From a virus: a DNA stretch of 64,000 bases. Below, one piece after another: positions 36,516 through 46,534 of this stretch. The notes below the pieces were generated by a model. That model was not told where the DNA came from and did not search any database. It worked only from the letters and a program-made list of their open reading frames with translations. The translations under genes and the position numbers were made by a program. How positions within the stretch are numbered: position 1 is the stretch's first letter; every line of letters starts with the position of its first letter. The stretch is from the IMG/VR virus record IMGVR_UViG_3300009506_000022, positions 34,007 to 98,006 of that record. The stretch is one strand, 5' to 3'.

Positions 36516-37786
36516 TGGAACTCAGAAGTTTTATAAAGCTTTTTACTTGGGAAGAATCAGATCGAAGGAGAATTGTGCTTGGGTCTGACACTAGAATAAA
36601 TCCTGACACAAATCGAGCTCAACTTGGAAGCTATGATTCTTCTGTTTATCCGACAGATTCAGATCTTTATGTGAAAAGCTGGATTGCAAATCCTGGTGAG
36701 GTTCGAGAATGGCAAGGGTTCGAAGCAACAATCATTCATAAAACTGTTAATGGCGTTCAAGTAACAGGAGAAGGATTCAGGCTTTCTGATGGAACCGATG
36801 AATATTGGTGGAACGGCGCATCATGGGAAACCAACACAGCGGATTGGAACACAGAAGTTGAAGTTGCTGAGAACATCTCCTCTTTTTCAGCAACGGCGCG
36901 AAAGATTCAAATCGTTGTTAATCTATCAACAACAGATGAAACTCAAACACCAGAGTTGGTTGAAGTGAAAGTTTTGTTTGGAGCGCTGCTTGATTCTGAA
37001 CTTGAAGATTTGGTCCTTCGTTCTTTGGTTCCAGCTTTACGTTCTGGTGTTCGACCGATAACAAGGTTTGTTTTGACAGCAATCGAGACAGACCAGATTG
37101 ACTTGAAGCAATTCAAACTTGATGGGGACTACCGAGTAGTAGATGTAGACGCAGTTTTCAATGAGACAACAGATCCAAATCACAACACAGACTTGTATCA
37201 AAGCCATACTTTAAGGTCTGAACCAACAGATTCTTGGGTAGATGGTCAGGTTGATGTTATTACTTTAAGTTCGTCTGTGAGTATAGGTAATACATTATGG
37301 CTGCGTTTAAGATACGAACCAGTAGTAGCTATTGAAACCTCTCGTGATTATTACGAAATTGAGCATGTTCCTTGTTTATGTATTGAAAGAATCACGTATG
37401 AAGCGCGCGAATTTGGGGGAGACCATCATGTTGGGAACAAAAACGATTACACCGCAAAAGTCTTGAAATCGCCTTTGCAAGGTACTTTAGAGATGTCGTT
37501 GGTCGGAATGTCTGGTAAATTAGTAGATAATGAGAGGTTGAATGGTGAAGTGAATAGGTTTTTTGGTTCAAGTCGGGTGATCCGATCGACAGGGTTAGAT
37601 GAATCTTATAGGCTTCGACTTATGAGAGAACACGAACATAGAAGCCGTGCAAATGCGGCTGATTTGCGAACTTGGACGAAAATCATTCGAGTTGAGAATT
37701 TTAGAACCTGGCACCGCTCGGTCGAGGACGGATATCTTGTAAACCGTTTTCTCATACAAGGTGATGCGAGTGTCACAGTTGAATAA
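36515..37786 (+). CDS. putative tail terminator with N-terminal extension
   Basis: Position directly before the sheath gene; 423 aa. Confidence 0.5.
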   Translation: MELRSFIKLFTWEESDRRRIVLGSDTRINPDTNRAQLGSYDSSVYPTDSDLYVKSWIANPGEVREWQGFEATIIHKTVNGVQVTGEGFRLSDGTDEYWWNGASWETNTADWNTEVEVAENISSFSATARKIQIVVNLSTTDETQTPELVEVKVLFGALLDSELEDLVLRSLVPALRSGVRPITRFVLTAIETDQIDLKQFKLDGDYRVVDVDAVFNETTDPNHNTDLYQSHTLRSEPTDSWVDGQVDVITLSSSVSIGNTLWLRLRYEPVVAIETSRDYYEIEHVPCLCIERITYEAREFGGDHHVGNKNDYTAKVLKSPLQGTLEMSLVGMSGKLVDNERLNGEVNRFFGSSRVIRSTGLDESYRLRLMREHEHRSRANAADLRTWTKIIRVENFRTWHRSVEDGYLVNRFLIQGDASVTVE

Positions 37787-37798
37787 AGGAGAGCTGAC

Positions 37799-40117
37799 AT
37801 GACACAAAGAACGTTTGGCCCAATTCGTGGCGCTGGCACACAAATCATAGAAAGAGAAGGGGACCAACCGATTACACCTGGTGCTTTAGGGTGGCGTGGA
37901 TTTGTTGGGCTTTTGGAAAAGGGACCGACAGACGAGTTGATCTGGCTTAGTAGTCCAGATATCGCAAAGCGAAGAATCGGCTCTTATATTTCAGATTCTT
38001 TGGCTCCTGATGCAATATTGGATTCTTTCAAAACAGCTTCTGGAGCTGGTGGTGTCCTGGCTGTTCGTGTTACCGATGGCAACGAGGTTCAAGCTCAGTA
38101 TAACCTGTATGCGCGCCGCGGTTCTCTTCTCACTCCTATTGGGAACCTAAAAGCCCATAATGGTGGTCGATGGGGTGGGAAGCTCAAGCGATACACAGAT
38201 GATCTTGCTCTTATCGGAGATCTTACAAACACGACTCTTGATACGAAGGATACAAGCTCGTTTGAAACCGATGAATGGGTTGGTGGTTATGTTCAGCTCA
38301 GTGGGGGTTCGAACTCAGCAAAGCAATATCCTATCATCGGGAATACATCTGCTGGTGTGATCACGGTTGCTGCGGATCAAACAATGTTGGATGATCTAAA
38401 CGCTGGAACTCCGGCGGATCTTCGTTACTACCTGGTTCGAGAAAACGAGAGTAAAGCGCTCTCTGTTGAAATCAAAGATGGCGATGAGAATCCAGATACA
38501 GAGTTTGGTCTATACATCTATGTGGATGGTGATCTGGTTTCGACATATCCAAACCTATCTATGGATCCGAACAGCTCGAGATATTGGGAATCGATTATCA
38601 ATGAAGACACCGCGAATTACGAAGTTGTTGCTGAAGATACTTGGACTGGCGCAATCACTGCGGATATCAGACCAGCAAATATCTATGGAATAATAGATGC
38701 CATAACAGCGACAGTTTTGACCGCTGCGATTCATGATTTTACAATTAACTCTCCAGGTGGTGGCGATCCAACCATGACTTTGGGGACAACTTCTGATGCG
38801 ATGATTGCTCAGAAGATCACTATTACAATGACATCACCAACGGCTGGCGATGTTGTTTCAGATAAATTTGGAAGTCTGGGTTCGATTACACTTGGGACGT
38901 TATTTGATCCGCCAAATGCGGCTGGTGGTGCTGTAACAAACAAATGGGCGCCACCTTTCACGATAGATGCTGGCGGAACTGCATTGGTTGCAACTGACAC
39001 CTTGGTGATCAACTATAAACCGTTTGTTGCGGATGAATTGATCAATGGCGCGTTGTATCCAGATAAGGTGAATGCAAAGCGTGAAAACTATCGGATCACA
39101 GATAACGATCACAAGACAATCACTGTTGTTGATGGTTCTGACTTAACGGCAAGTGGAGCGATAAATGATGAATTTACGGTTGTTGCGCCAATGGAGTTTG
39201 AGGGGGGACGTGATGGAAACGCAGATATTGCGGATGCCGACTATCTTCAAGCTTGGGATACAAGCAACAGCCTTTTCAATCGGATTGTTGATAAGGGGCT
39301 TGGATTGGTAAAGTTTGCGACTCCAGGCGTAACAGCAACAGCAGTTCAAAAAGCTGGAATCGCATATGCCTATGCGAAGAATCAGCAATACAGAATCGAG
39401 GTTCCATCAAACGTAACAACTGATGATGCTGCTGATGAGTATGTAAACGAAACTATCGGGCGAAGCAATTATGTCGCGGTGTCATTTCCGTCATATGCGT
39501 ATGTTGCGGATCCAGAAGGTGGAACAGATGGGATTTTAAAACTCACTTCTCGTACTGGAGAGATCTTTGGTAGAGAAGCAAGAATCGCAGTCGACAACGG
39601 TGGATATCATCGCGCTGGAGCTGGTTTGATTGCGACACTTCCATCTGTTTTGAAGTTGACGACTGGCGAGCGTATTATCAACGAAGAACTTCTCAATCCA
39701 CGAGGAATCGCAGTTATCAAAAAGAAACAAGGGAACTATGTCATTTGGGGTGATCGCATTCCTTCAACGGATCCAGAATGGAAATGGAAGCATCAACGAG
39801 AACAGATGTGTTATTACGAAAATGTTCTGCGAGAAAGCTTCGACTGGATTATCTTTTCTTTGAATAATCCAGAGACACGTCAACGAGCATATACAGCTTT
39901 GAGACAATTTTTTCAGTTGGAGTATGACAATCAAGCTCTTGATAATGACTATGATTTTGAGGATGCTTGCATTATCAAGGTTGATGACGAAATCAATACA
40001 GATGCTCAAAAAGAAGCTGGGAACATGATTGCCCATGTTGCCTTGAAGCTTGTTGGAACGGTCGAGAGATTTATCATAAGTATTGGTAAACAAGGAATCT
40101 TTACTTCTGTAAGTTAA
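37799..40117 (+). CDS. tail sheath protein
   Basis: GFVGLLEKGP, AVRV, G.WG, GG.DG, LLNPRGI..I...GNYVIWGDR, WIIF..N, VERFII. Confidence 0.92.
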   Translation: MTQRTFGPIRGAGTQIIEREGDQPITPGALGWRGFVGLLEKGPTDELIWLSSPDIAKRRIGSYISDSLAPDAILDSFKTASGAGGVLAVRVTDGNEVQAQYNLYARRGSLLTPIGNLKAHNGGRWGGKLKRYTDDLALIGDLTNTTLDTKDTSSFETDEWVGGYVQLSGGSNSAKQYPIIGNTSAGVITVAADQTMLDDLNAGTPADLRYYLVRENESKALSVEIKDGDENPDTEFGLYIYVDGDLVSTYPNLSMDPNSSRYWESIINEDTANYEVVAEDTWTGAITADIRPANIYGIIDAITATVLTAAIHDFTINSPGGGDPTMTLGTTSDAMIAQKITITMTSPTAGDVVSDKFGSLGSITLGTLFDPPNAAGGAVTNKWAPPFTIDAGGTALVATDTLVINYKPFVADELINGALYPDKVNAKRENYRITDNDHKTITVVDGSDLTASGAINDEFTVVAPMEFEGGRDGNADIADADYLQAWDTSNSLFNRIVDKGLGLVKFATPGVTATAVQKAGIAYAYAKNQQYRIEVPSNVTTDDAADEYVNETIGRSNYVAVSFPSYAYVADPEGGTDGILKLTSRTGEIFGREARIAVDNGGYHRAGAGLIATLPSVLKLTTGERIINEELLNPRGIAVIKKKQGNYVIWGDRIPSTDPEWKWKHQREQMCYYENVLRESFDWIIFSLNNPETRQRAYTALRQFFQLEYDNQALDNDYDFEDACIIKVDDEINTDAQKEAGNMIAHVALKLVGTVERFIISIGKQGIFTSVS

Positions 40118-40143
40118 TTTTTGTCCGAAACAGGAGGTCTATC

Positions 40144-40584
40144 ATGACAGTGAAAAATTTAGAACAAAATCTAGGCGAAACTGGAGCGTTCACCGATCGA
40201 TCCAGCGGCAAAGACAATCTATACGATGTCGTAAAAGCAATGGCGCAAGGACCAGCCAATGATTTGGATGGTCGCCAAGACACCGTTGCAACTGGCATTG
40301 TTTCATCTCGGATCGCGAGCGGAGACGCCAAAATTACAGGGTTGAAAATACGAGTTGGAACAACGGGAACCGCTGGTTCAACAACTGTTCAAGTTCTGAA
40401 GAATGGCGCTTCGCAAGGTTCTCTTACGATAGCGAACACAGAAGATGATGGAACACAAAAATCTTTGGATTTGGATGTCGACTGTGTCGAGGATGACTAT
40501 GTGGAAATCAATGTTTCAGCAGCTCCTACAGGTGGCGCAAACCTCATTGCGTCTGTCAAGATGGCTGCTGTAGACGTTCAGTAA
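40144..40584 (+). CDS. structural protein inserted between sheath and tube genes
   Basis: AGGAGG SD; beta-sandwich pattern (T.GS.TVQVLKNG...DDYVEI.V). Confidence 0.65.
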   Translation: MTVKNLEQNLGETGAFTDRSSGKDNLYDVVKAMAQGPANDLDGRQDTVATGIVSSRIASGDAKITGLKIRVGTTGTAGSTTVQVLKNGASQGSLTIANTEDDGTQKSLDLDVDCVEDDYVEINVSAAPTGGANLIASVKMAAVDVQ

Positions 40585-40632
40585 ACAAAGAGCGATAGGC
40601 GCGTTTCGGGCGAACTAGCTGGAGGAAAGACA

Positions 40633-41073
40633 ATGCCACTAAGAGGTACGATAAAAAACAATCACGTTCCGCTTAACAGTTTTGAGTTGATCGTTGCAGG
40701 GATGCCACAGATTACGGTTGTGACAACCGATGACATCGAACAGATGATCACGGCTGTCACAATGCCAGATGGAACGATTAGATCTGGTGGAAAAACAGAA
40801 CCTGTTGAGTTTACGATTTCCGTTCCGATGCATCACGATGTTGAGCAAGCAGCGCTGGAAGCATGGAAAAAGCTTGCCGAAGGTCCTGTTAGCAGCTCGT
40901 ATTTGAAAGCTGGTAGTCTGGTTTTCTACAAAAACGATGGAACACCAAAATCATATTCCTTCACAAACATGTGGCTTAGTGGAAGAACGATCCCTGGAGC
41001 CGATATGGGGAATGAAGGCGATATGGCTGCGGTAACATTTATGGTGAAAGCAGACTACGTTTTGCCAGTATAA
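40633..41073 (+). CDS. tail tube protein (T4 gp19-like)
   Basis: FELIV.G, G.TEPVEFTI, AW...K.GSL..Y..DG....YSF..MW. Confidence 0.75.
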   Translation: MPLRGTIKNNHVPLNSFELIVAGMPQITVVTTDDIEQMITAVTMPDGTIRSGGKTEPVEFTISVPMHHDVEQAALEAWKKLAEGPVSSSYLKAGSLVFYKNDGTPKSYSFTNMWLSGRTIPGADMGNEGDMAAVTFMVKADYVLPV

Positions 41074-41131
41074 CAACAAAAGCCCTACAGCTGGGCCTAT
41101 CAAGATCGAAAGATCGATTGGAGGTTAGCTG

Positions 41132-42004
41132 ATGAAAGAATTGACACTTAAAGAGCAAGGCGCAAAGCTACCGATCGGAATAGTTGATAATGATCGGCGA
41201 GTTCTGCGCGATTTTTCCATAAAGCGCTGGACGGCAAAGCAAGAGCGCGAACTTGGTAGACTTAGACAAGAGTATAAGGCCCTTTCTATGCCTGACCATA
41301 TCGCGCTTGTGTTGGCTGTTTTGTGCGAGAAGATTGGGCCATACGATTTTTCTTCGATGAAGAAGTTGGCGGAAAAGAAGTTGGCGATAAGTCAGATGTT
41401 TTCAGGTGATGTTTTCTATGTCTACTGTTACATCAGATGTCAGTCCCTTGGTTCTTTTCTTGGCTTTGATGTTGAGTGTCCAGCTTGTGGAGAAAAATAT
41501 TCATCTGAAACAGATTTGATGGATATGACAAATATCATCGCAGATAACCTGGATGAAACGATATGGGAATATTCTCTCTTGGAACCCTTCATGTTTCGAG
41601 AAGTCGAAGCAAAGACATTTCGTGTTGGACAGACTCTTTGGCACTCTCTCGAAAAAGCAGAGATCGAAGGTCGACTTGATGTTGAGGGTGGCAAAATGGC
41701 GATGCTTGCTGGAGCAATCAGATCGATCAAAGAGTTCCCAGCTGAAGTTCAGCCAGTGATCGAAGAACTTGATGACATGGGGAAGCGCGACATCGTTGCT
41801 TTAGTAGACGAAATGAACGAACGTCATTTTGGACCAGATATGCGGTTGATCACGCGATGTCCGAAATGCAAAACGGATAATATCCAGCCGATCAATTGGA
41901 GTTACCAAAGTTTTTTCGGCAGTTCTTCCCTCTCCCAGACGAGAGGGAATTTGTCCAACAAATCTTCTCAGCAACCTACTTCTCAAAAGGAGCCGCAACA
42001 GTAA
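41132..42004 (+). CDS. tail assembly chaperone (two CxxC repeats, T4 gp26-like)
   Basis: CPACG and CPKC; FF motif followed by a low-complexity tail; between tube and tape measure genes. Confidence 0.7.
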   Translation: MKELTLKEQGAKLPIGIVDNDRRVLRDFSIKRWTAKQERELGRLRQEYKALSMPDHIALVLAVLCEKIGPYDFSSMKKLAEKKLAISQMFSGDVFYVYCYIRCQSLGSFLGFDVECPACGEKYSSETDLMDMTNIIADNLDETIWEYSLLEPFMFREVEAKTFRVGQTLWHSLEKAEIEGRLDVEGGKMAMLAGAIRSIKEFPAEVQPVIEELDDMGKRDIVALVDEMNERHFGPDMRLITRCPKCKTDNIQPINWSYQSFFGSSSLSQTRGNLSNKSSQQPTSQKEPQQ

Positions 42005-42162
42005 ACATTCTTGATCTGACCCATCGAGAAAGAGTTGTTTGGTTAGAGTGTTTAGAGAAACAAATTAGAAAGGAAAATCGACAACACAGAAATGCAATGA
42101 AAGGATTGAAAGTTCCTAAACGCAAGTGGGGAAAAAGAACTAGGACTTATAGGAAAAAATAG
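41911..42162 (+). CDS. -1 frameshift extension of the tail chaperone (gpGT / T4 gp51-like)
   Basis: Slippery T TTT TTC at 41911-41917; the -1 frame is open up to the base before the tape-measure ATG. Confidence 0.7.
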   Translation, partial: FFRQFFPLPDEREFVQQIFSATYFSKGAATVNILDLTHRERVVWLECLEKQIRKENRQHRNAMKGLKVPKRKWGKRTRTYRKK

Positions 42163-44538
42163 ATGGCTATACTACCCATAGAGTTGAGTGCGATATTGAA
42201 CTTTGATGCTCGAAAAGCCATCAACAATATGGGTAGGAGTGCTATTGCTTTCAAACGATTGCAAAGCCAAGCCAATCGAGTTGGAAGCGGGTTGAAAGCG
42301 GTTAGTGGCGGAATTGGAAGAGCATCTCTTGCGTTTACCCCATTGACGCTTGGTATGGGGTTTGCCGTTGCAAAAGCTAACGAATTTGAGCGAGGGATTT
42401 ATGAAGTAAGCACTATTGCTGATGAAGCAGAGTTTCCACTTAGTAAGATAGATTCATCGGCGATAGAACTTGCCAAGACTTTTGCAACCGCACCTGTTGA
42501 GCAAACAAAAGCAATGTACAACGCAGTTTCTTTTGGTGCATCAACAGCGGCTGAAGCAAACGATCGTTTAGTTGAATCGAACAAGCTGGCGATCGGTGGT
42601 GTTACAGAGACCAACACAGCGCTCGAGCTTCTTTCAGGTGCCATGAATGTTTATGGTGGCATGGGTCAAACAGCAGCTGATGCAAGTGATATTTTCTTCA
42701 CTACCGTCCAAAAAGGAAAGACGACTATCGCTGAGCTATCGGCTTCGTTTGGCCAAGTTATGCCGACCGCTGCTGCTTTAGATATTGGACTTGCGGATCT
42801 TAGCGCATCTCTTGCCACAGTTACACTTGCAAATATCAATACTGCTGAAGCTTCAACCGCATTAAATGCTGCTTTTTCGAATGTGATCAAGCCATCTAAA
42901 GAGGCAAAGGATGCTGCAAAATCTCTTGGAATAGAGTTTACGGCAACGGCGCTGAAAACCAAAGGTCTTGTTCCTTTCATGCAAGAGATTACCGATAAAG
43001 CGGGTGGAAACATTGATGCAATGGCTGCGTTGTTTGGTTCTGTCCGCGGTGTAAAATCGATGCTTGCTTTGACAGCAAATGATGGCGCGATTTTCAATGA
43101 TGTACTCAAAGCAATGGAAAATCGTACTGGAGCTGCGGATGTCGCTTTCCAGAAGATGTCGAAGTCAACTGATTTCCAGATGAGGCGACTGCTGGCTTTG
43201 AAAGATATCGGAATGACAGTGTTTGGTCAGGTTCTTCAGCGCTCTTTGCTTAGAATGTTGTCGCCGCTTGCGGGTGTTGCAGAGGGATTTGTTGACATCA
43301 TGCAAGCCGTAAAGACAGGCGATCTAGAGGGATTGAGTCCTACTATGGCCGCGATGGCAAAAGGGATTCGTGAGGGATTTGATACGATCCGCAAGGGGTT
43401 CGACTTTGTTATTGATGCTGCGAACCAAGCGCGCGCTTGGTTCAGCGATACGTTCGGAACAGAGGGAACCCAAAAGATTGCAAAGTTCGCAACTGTTTTT
43501 CTGGTGGTTGGCGCCGCGATCGCACCAGTGATTCTTGCGGTTGCTGGAATCGGGTTTGTCGTGGCTCAACTTGTTCCAGTGATTTCTGGTCTTGGATTGG
43601 TGTTTTCTGGAGTTTTTGGCGCCTTGCTTGGACCAATAGGATTGATTGGGGTCGCTTTGTATTTGTTTTGGGATCAAGCCGTTCAAGTTTTCAATGGGAT
43701 TCTCGAGGTGGTAGGACCAGTTTTTGACAACATTAAATCGATCGTGATGGATACGTTTCAGGAACTTGGAAACATTTTTGCTTCGATTGGTGCGTTATGG
43801 AGCGACACGACAGGAGGAATGTCGGTTGATTGGAAAGAGGTTGGAAGGATTGTTGGTGCTGTTATTGGTTCGATCATAACGGCTGTTGTTCAAGTTGCTT
43901 CCTTTGTGGCAAAAGCAGCTGGATTCATGCTTTTTGCTTTTGTTAATTTTGGCAAAGGGCTTGGCGAAGTTGCCGCGATGATCGTTGAGTTTCTTATGTC
44001 TCCGATCCAACAAACAGCTCGTGGTGTGGTTTGGCTGCTGGAAGCGATCAAAGTAAAAGTCCCAAAAGGATTGAGAGATTATGCCAAGATTGAAAGGAAG
44101 CCTGTAACACAATTTACCAGAGAAAGAGGGCTTAATGGAGCTGCTGTAACTCAGGAACAGCTTCAACTTGAAAAACAACTTGGTGTTAAATTCACAACGA
44201 AAAGGACAGGTCTTGGTTTATCTCAAGCTGTCCAAGAGGCTGGAGCCGCTCAAAACGAAGCGGTTGTTACAGGGAAAGCGGAACGAGAGAAATCTCTTGG
44301 CGCTCTTTCTGGCGTGCTCGATGAAGTTGCAGCTGCTGCAAACAATACGGCTTCATCCGCTGAATCAGCGGCTGCAGCTGCAAAAAAGAAACCTTGCGCT
44401 CAGGTGAACCTTGATGGTCGCGAGGTTGCTCGCTCAACCGCCAAAGCGAACGATGAAATCCGAGCCAGGAGCGGCGCGAAAGCGACACCTTGGCAACGGA
44501 GACAGGTTCTTGAATACGGCGCTCAACCAGCAACCTAG
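42163..44538 (+). CDS. tape measure protein (TP901 family)
   Basis: FER....V.T, AMY...S.G, DIFF.TV.KGKTT..EL, AST.L; Ala-rich with hydrophobic middle. Confidence 0.92.
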   Translation: MAILPIELSAILNFDARKAINNMGRSAIAFKRLQSQANRVGSGLKAVSGGIGRASLAFTPLTLGMGFAVAKANEFERGIYEVSTIADEAEFPLSKIDSSAIELAKTFATAPVEQTKAMYNAVSFGASTAAEANDRLVESNKLAIGGVTETNTALELLSGAMNVYGGMGQTAADASDIFFTTVQKGKTTIAELSASFGQVMPTAAALDIGLADLSASLATVTLANINTAEASTALNAAFSNVIKPSKEAKDAAKSLGIEFTATALKTKGLVPFMQEITDKAGGNIDAMAALFGSVRGVKSMLALTANDGAIFNDVLKAMENRTGAADVAFQKMSKSTDFQMRRLLALKDIGMTVFGQVLQRSLLRMLSPLAGVAEGFVDIMQAVKTGDLEGLSPTMAAMAKGIREGFDTIRKGFDFVIDAANQARAWFSDTFGTEGTQKIAKFATVFLVVGAAIAPVILAVAGIGFVVAQLVPVISGLGLVFSGVFGALLGPIGLIGVALYLFWDQAVQVFNGILEVVGPVFDNIKSIVMDTFQELGNIFASIGALWSDTTGGMSVDWKEVGRIVGAVIGSIITAVVQVASFVAKAAGFMLFAFVNFGKGLGEVAAMIVEFLMSPIQQTARGVVWLLEAIKVKVPKGLRDYAKIERKPVTQFTRERGLNGAAVTQEQLQLEKQLGVKFTTKRTGLGLSQAVQEAGAAQNEAVVTGKAEREKSLGALSGVLDEVAAAANNTASSAESAAAAAKKKPCAQVNLDGREVARSTAKANDEIRARSGAKATPWQRRQVLEYGAQPAT

Positions 44539-44546
44539 AGGATCCT

Positions 44547-45389
44547 ATGGCTATCGCAAGAGACTTGGCACAAATCGCAGCTGGCCCACTTTTAGGTCCT
44601 CTGATCAACTCGTTGGGCGCGAGAAAGATTCACCGATGGGTTCTTGAGAACCTCGATACTGGAGAGACAGTAGAAGGCCAGTTTGGGCCAGTATCGCCTA
44701 CAAAGATTCCTGGAAACCCGCAGTATGCAGAACACACATCTTTAGGGCGAGAAACGCCGATCATTCAGTACACGCATGGAACCGCAGATGGGTTTCGGTT
44801 TACCGCAGTGTGGTTTGCGGTTCATGAAGATGACAGCACACCAGAGAAGGCGATAAAGGTTCTTGAAAACTGGAAATCTAGAGATGCTGATTTGGCTAGA
44901 CCGCCAAGAGTCAGCTTTTCTGTTGGTGATGGCCAGATGTCGCTCCTTGAGGGTGTAATTTCAGAGTTGGGGGAAATATCCTATTTCGATCCGCCAAAAT
45001 ATGGTGGGGGGATCCGCGGTGTTTCGGTTCAAGTTACGTTGAAAGAGTACACGAGATATGAACTCATAACTGAACCAGCTCCAGAAACCAGATATCATCA
45101 TGTAAGACAAGGTGAATATTACGAGCTGATCGCGTATTTTGAGTACAGAACACCAGAACTTGGTGACATTATTCGGAAACGTCATCCAACGAAGATATCT
45201 TTGGTTGAAAATGACATCGTAAAACTGCCTTCTGCAGAAGCGATCCGAACCATTCCTGTGAGACCAACTTCAATGGTCTTCAAAAACACTCTTTTGATCA
45301 AAGATTCAGTTCAGAAACAGCTCAAGGTTTCGGTTTTCGATCGAAACGATCGCGCATACACAAGTCCTATAATTCCAGCGGGGTTGTGA
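44547..45389 (+). CDS. tail tube initiator / baseplate protein with LysM-like domain
   Basis: GQF.P, PIIQY..G, RPPRV.F..G, VTLKEY, H.VRQGE.YELIA...Y. Confidence 0.7.
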   Translation: MAIARDLAQIAAGPLLGPLINSLGARKIHRWVLENLDTGETVEGQFGPVSPTKIPGNPQYAEHTSLGRETPIIQYTHGTADGFRFTAVWFAVHEDDSTPEKAIKVLENWKSRDADLARPPRVSFSVGDGQMSLLEGVISELGEISYFDPPKYGGGIRGVSVQVTLKEYTRYELITEPAPETRYHHVRQGEYYELIAYFEYRTPELGDIIRKRHPTKISLVENDIVKLPSAEAIRTIPVRPTSMVFKNTLLIKDSVQKQLKVSVFDRNDRAYTSPIIPAGL

Positions 45390-46534
45390 TGGCGGATCAA
45401 GACAAATATATGGCGCCAAGCTTTCAAGTCGCGATTGCTGGTTCTAATCTTGGCGTAAAGCTTTCTGAGCTTGTACAGTCGATCGAATATGAGAGTGTTG
45501 ATGGGATTGCAGATGAAGCGCGTTTGACACTCATAAACCCAAACTATGAACTCAGCAATTCTCCTCTTTGGCAACCAGGGAATGAACTTGAAATATGGTT
45601 TGGTTATGGTCATGACCTTGGACATGTTGGTCGCGTGATCATTACCGAACCAAAACTATTTTTTCCATCAAGCGGAGAACCAACGATTCAGATCAAAGGA
45701 TACACGAAAGATCAGCTTATGATGAGAAACGCTCCAGCGCTAGATAAAGCTGATATCAGAAACTTCGAAGTTGATCTTATTTCAGATGCTGTTGAGCGAG
45801 TAGCCAGTAGGCCAGCATATAGATTTGATAATCTTGATATAGACGAGAGTCCACCGAACAGATATGCATCACCACAAAAATCAGACATAACCGATTATAA
45901 CTATGTGAAGGGCTTATCTAATTTGCTTGGGTGGTTGTTTTGGGTTGATTATGACGAAGAAACAAAATGGACACTGCATTTTAAGAATCCGGAAACCTTT
46001 CAAGCTCAAGATGTTGTTTATACTTTTGAGCATAATCGAGGAAACGCATCTACCCTTTTATCTTTTGAACCATCTCCATCATTAGATGGAGCTGTTACAA
46101 CGTTGCAAGTTCAGAGTAGGAATCCAGATACAAACGAATCATTTATTGAGGAGTTTGACGAAACCGTTGAAGCTCCAGATTCAAAATACAAAGGCGATCC
46201 GAAAGAGACGGTTGACGAAGAACACACAACAGCTGGCGCTGTTGTAAAGCTTTTTTTTGGCGATTATGCACTTGAAGTTGTTTCTGACAAAAAGTTCCAT
46301 TCAGCGGCTGAAATGAAGTTGTGGGCTCAACAGTGGTTTAGGCGTAGACGAGAGGGGTTTATAACAGGACGTGGAACGGTGATCGGCGTCGACACTTTAA
46401 GAGCGCGCCAAACACATAAGCTTATTTTGCCAGCGACTTCTTTGACTGGCGATTATTATTTTGCTCGTGTTGCTCACAAGTTTGATTCCACTTCTGGTTA
46501 CATGGTTGATTTCAATGCACGAAAGGTCTTTTGA
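45389..46534 (+). CDS. baseplate hub protein (P2 gpD / late control D-like)
   Basis: APSFQV.I.G, SIEYES..G.AD, GNEL.IWFGY, Q...TDY, G.G.VIG...LRA. Confidence 0.85.
   Translation: MADQDKYMAPSFQVAIAGSNLGVKLSELVQSIEYESVDGIADEARLTLINPNYELSNSPLWQPGNELEIWFGYGHDLGHVGRVIITEPKLFFPSSGEPTIQIKGYTKDQLMMRNAPALDKADIRNFEVDLISDAVERVASRPAYRFDNLDIDESPPNRYASPQKSDITDYNYVKGLSNLLGWLFWVDYDEETKWTLHFKNPETFQAQDVVYTFEHNRGNASTLLSFEPSPSLDGAVTTLQVQSRNPDTNESFIEEFDETVEAPDSKYKGDPKETVDEEHTTAGAVVKLFFGDYALEVVSDKKFHSAAEMKLWAQQWFRRRREGFITGRGTVIGVDTLRARQTHKLILPATSLTGDYYFARVAHKFDSTSGYMVDFNARKVF

Noticed and set aside
38300-38320. GGTTCGAA T-loop-like motifs (also near 30468) suggesting tRNA genes
   Set aside because: They lie inside structural CDSs and have no cloverleaf or acceptor stem
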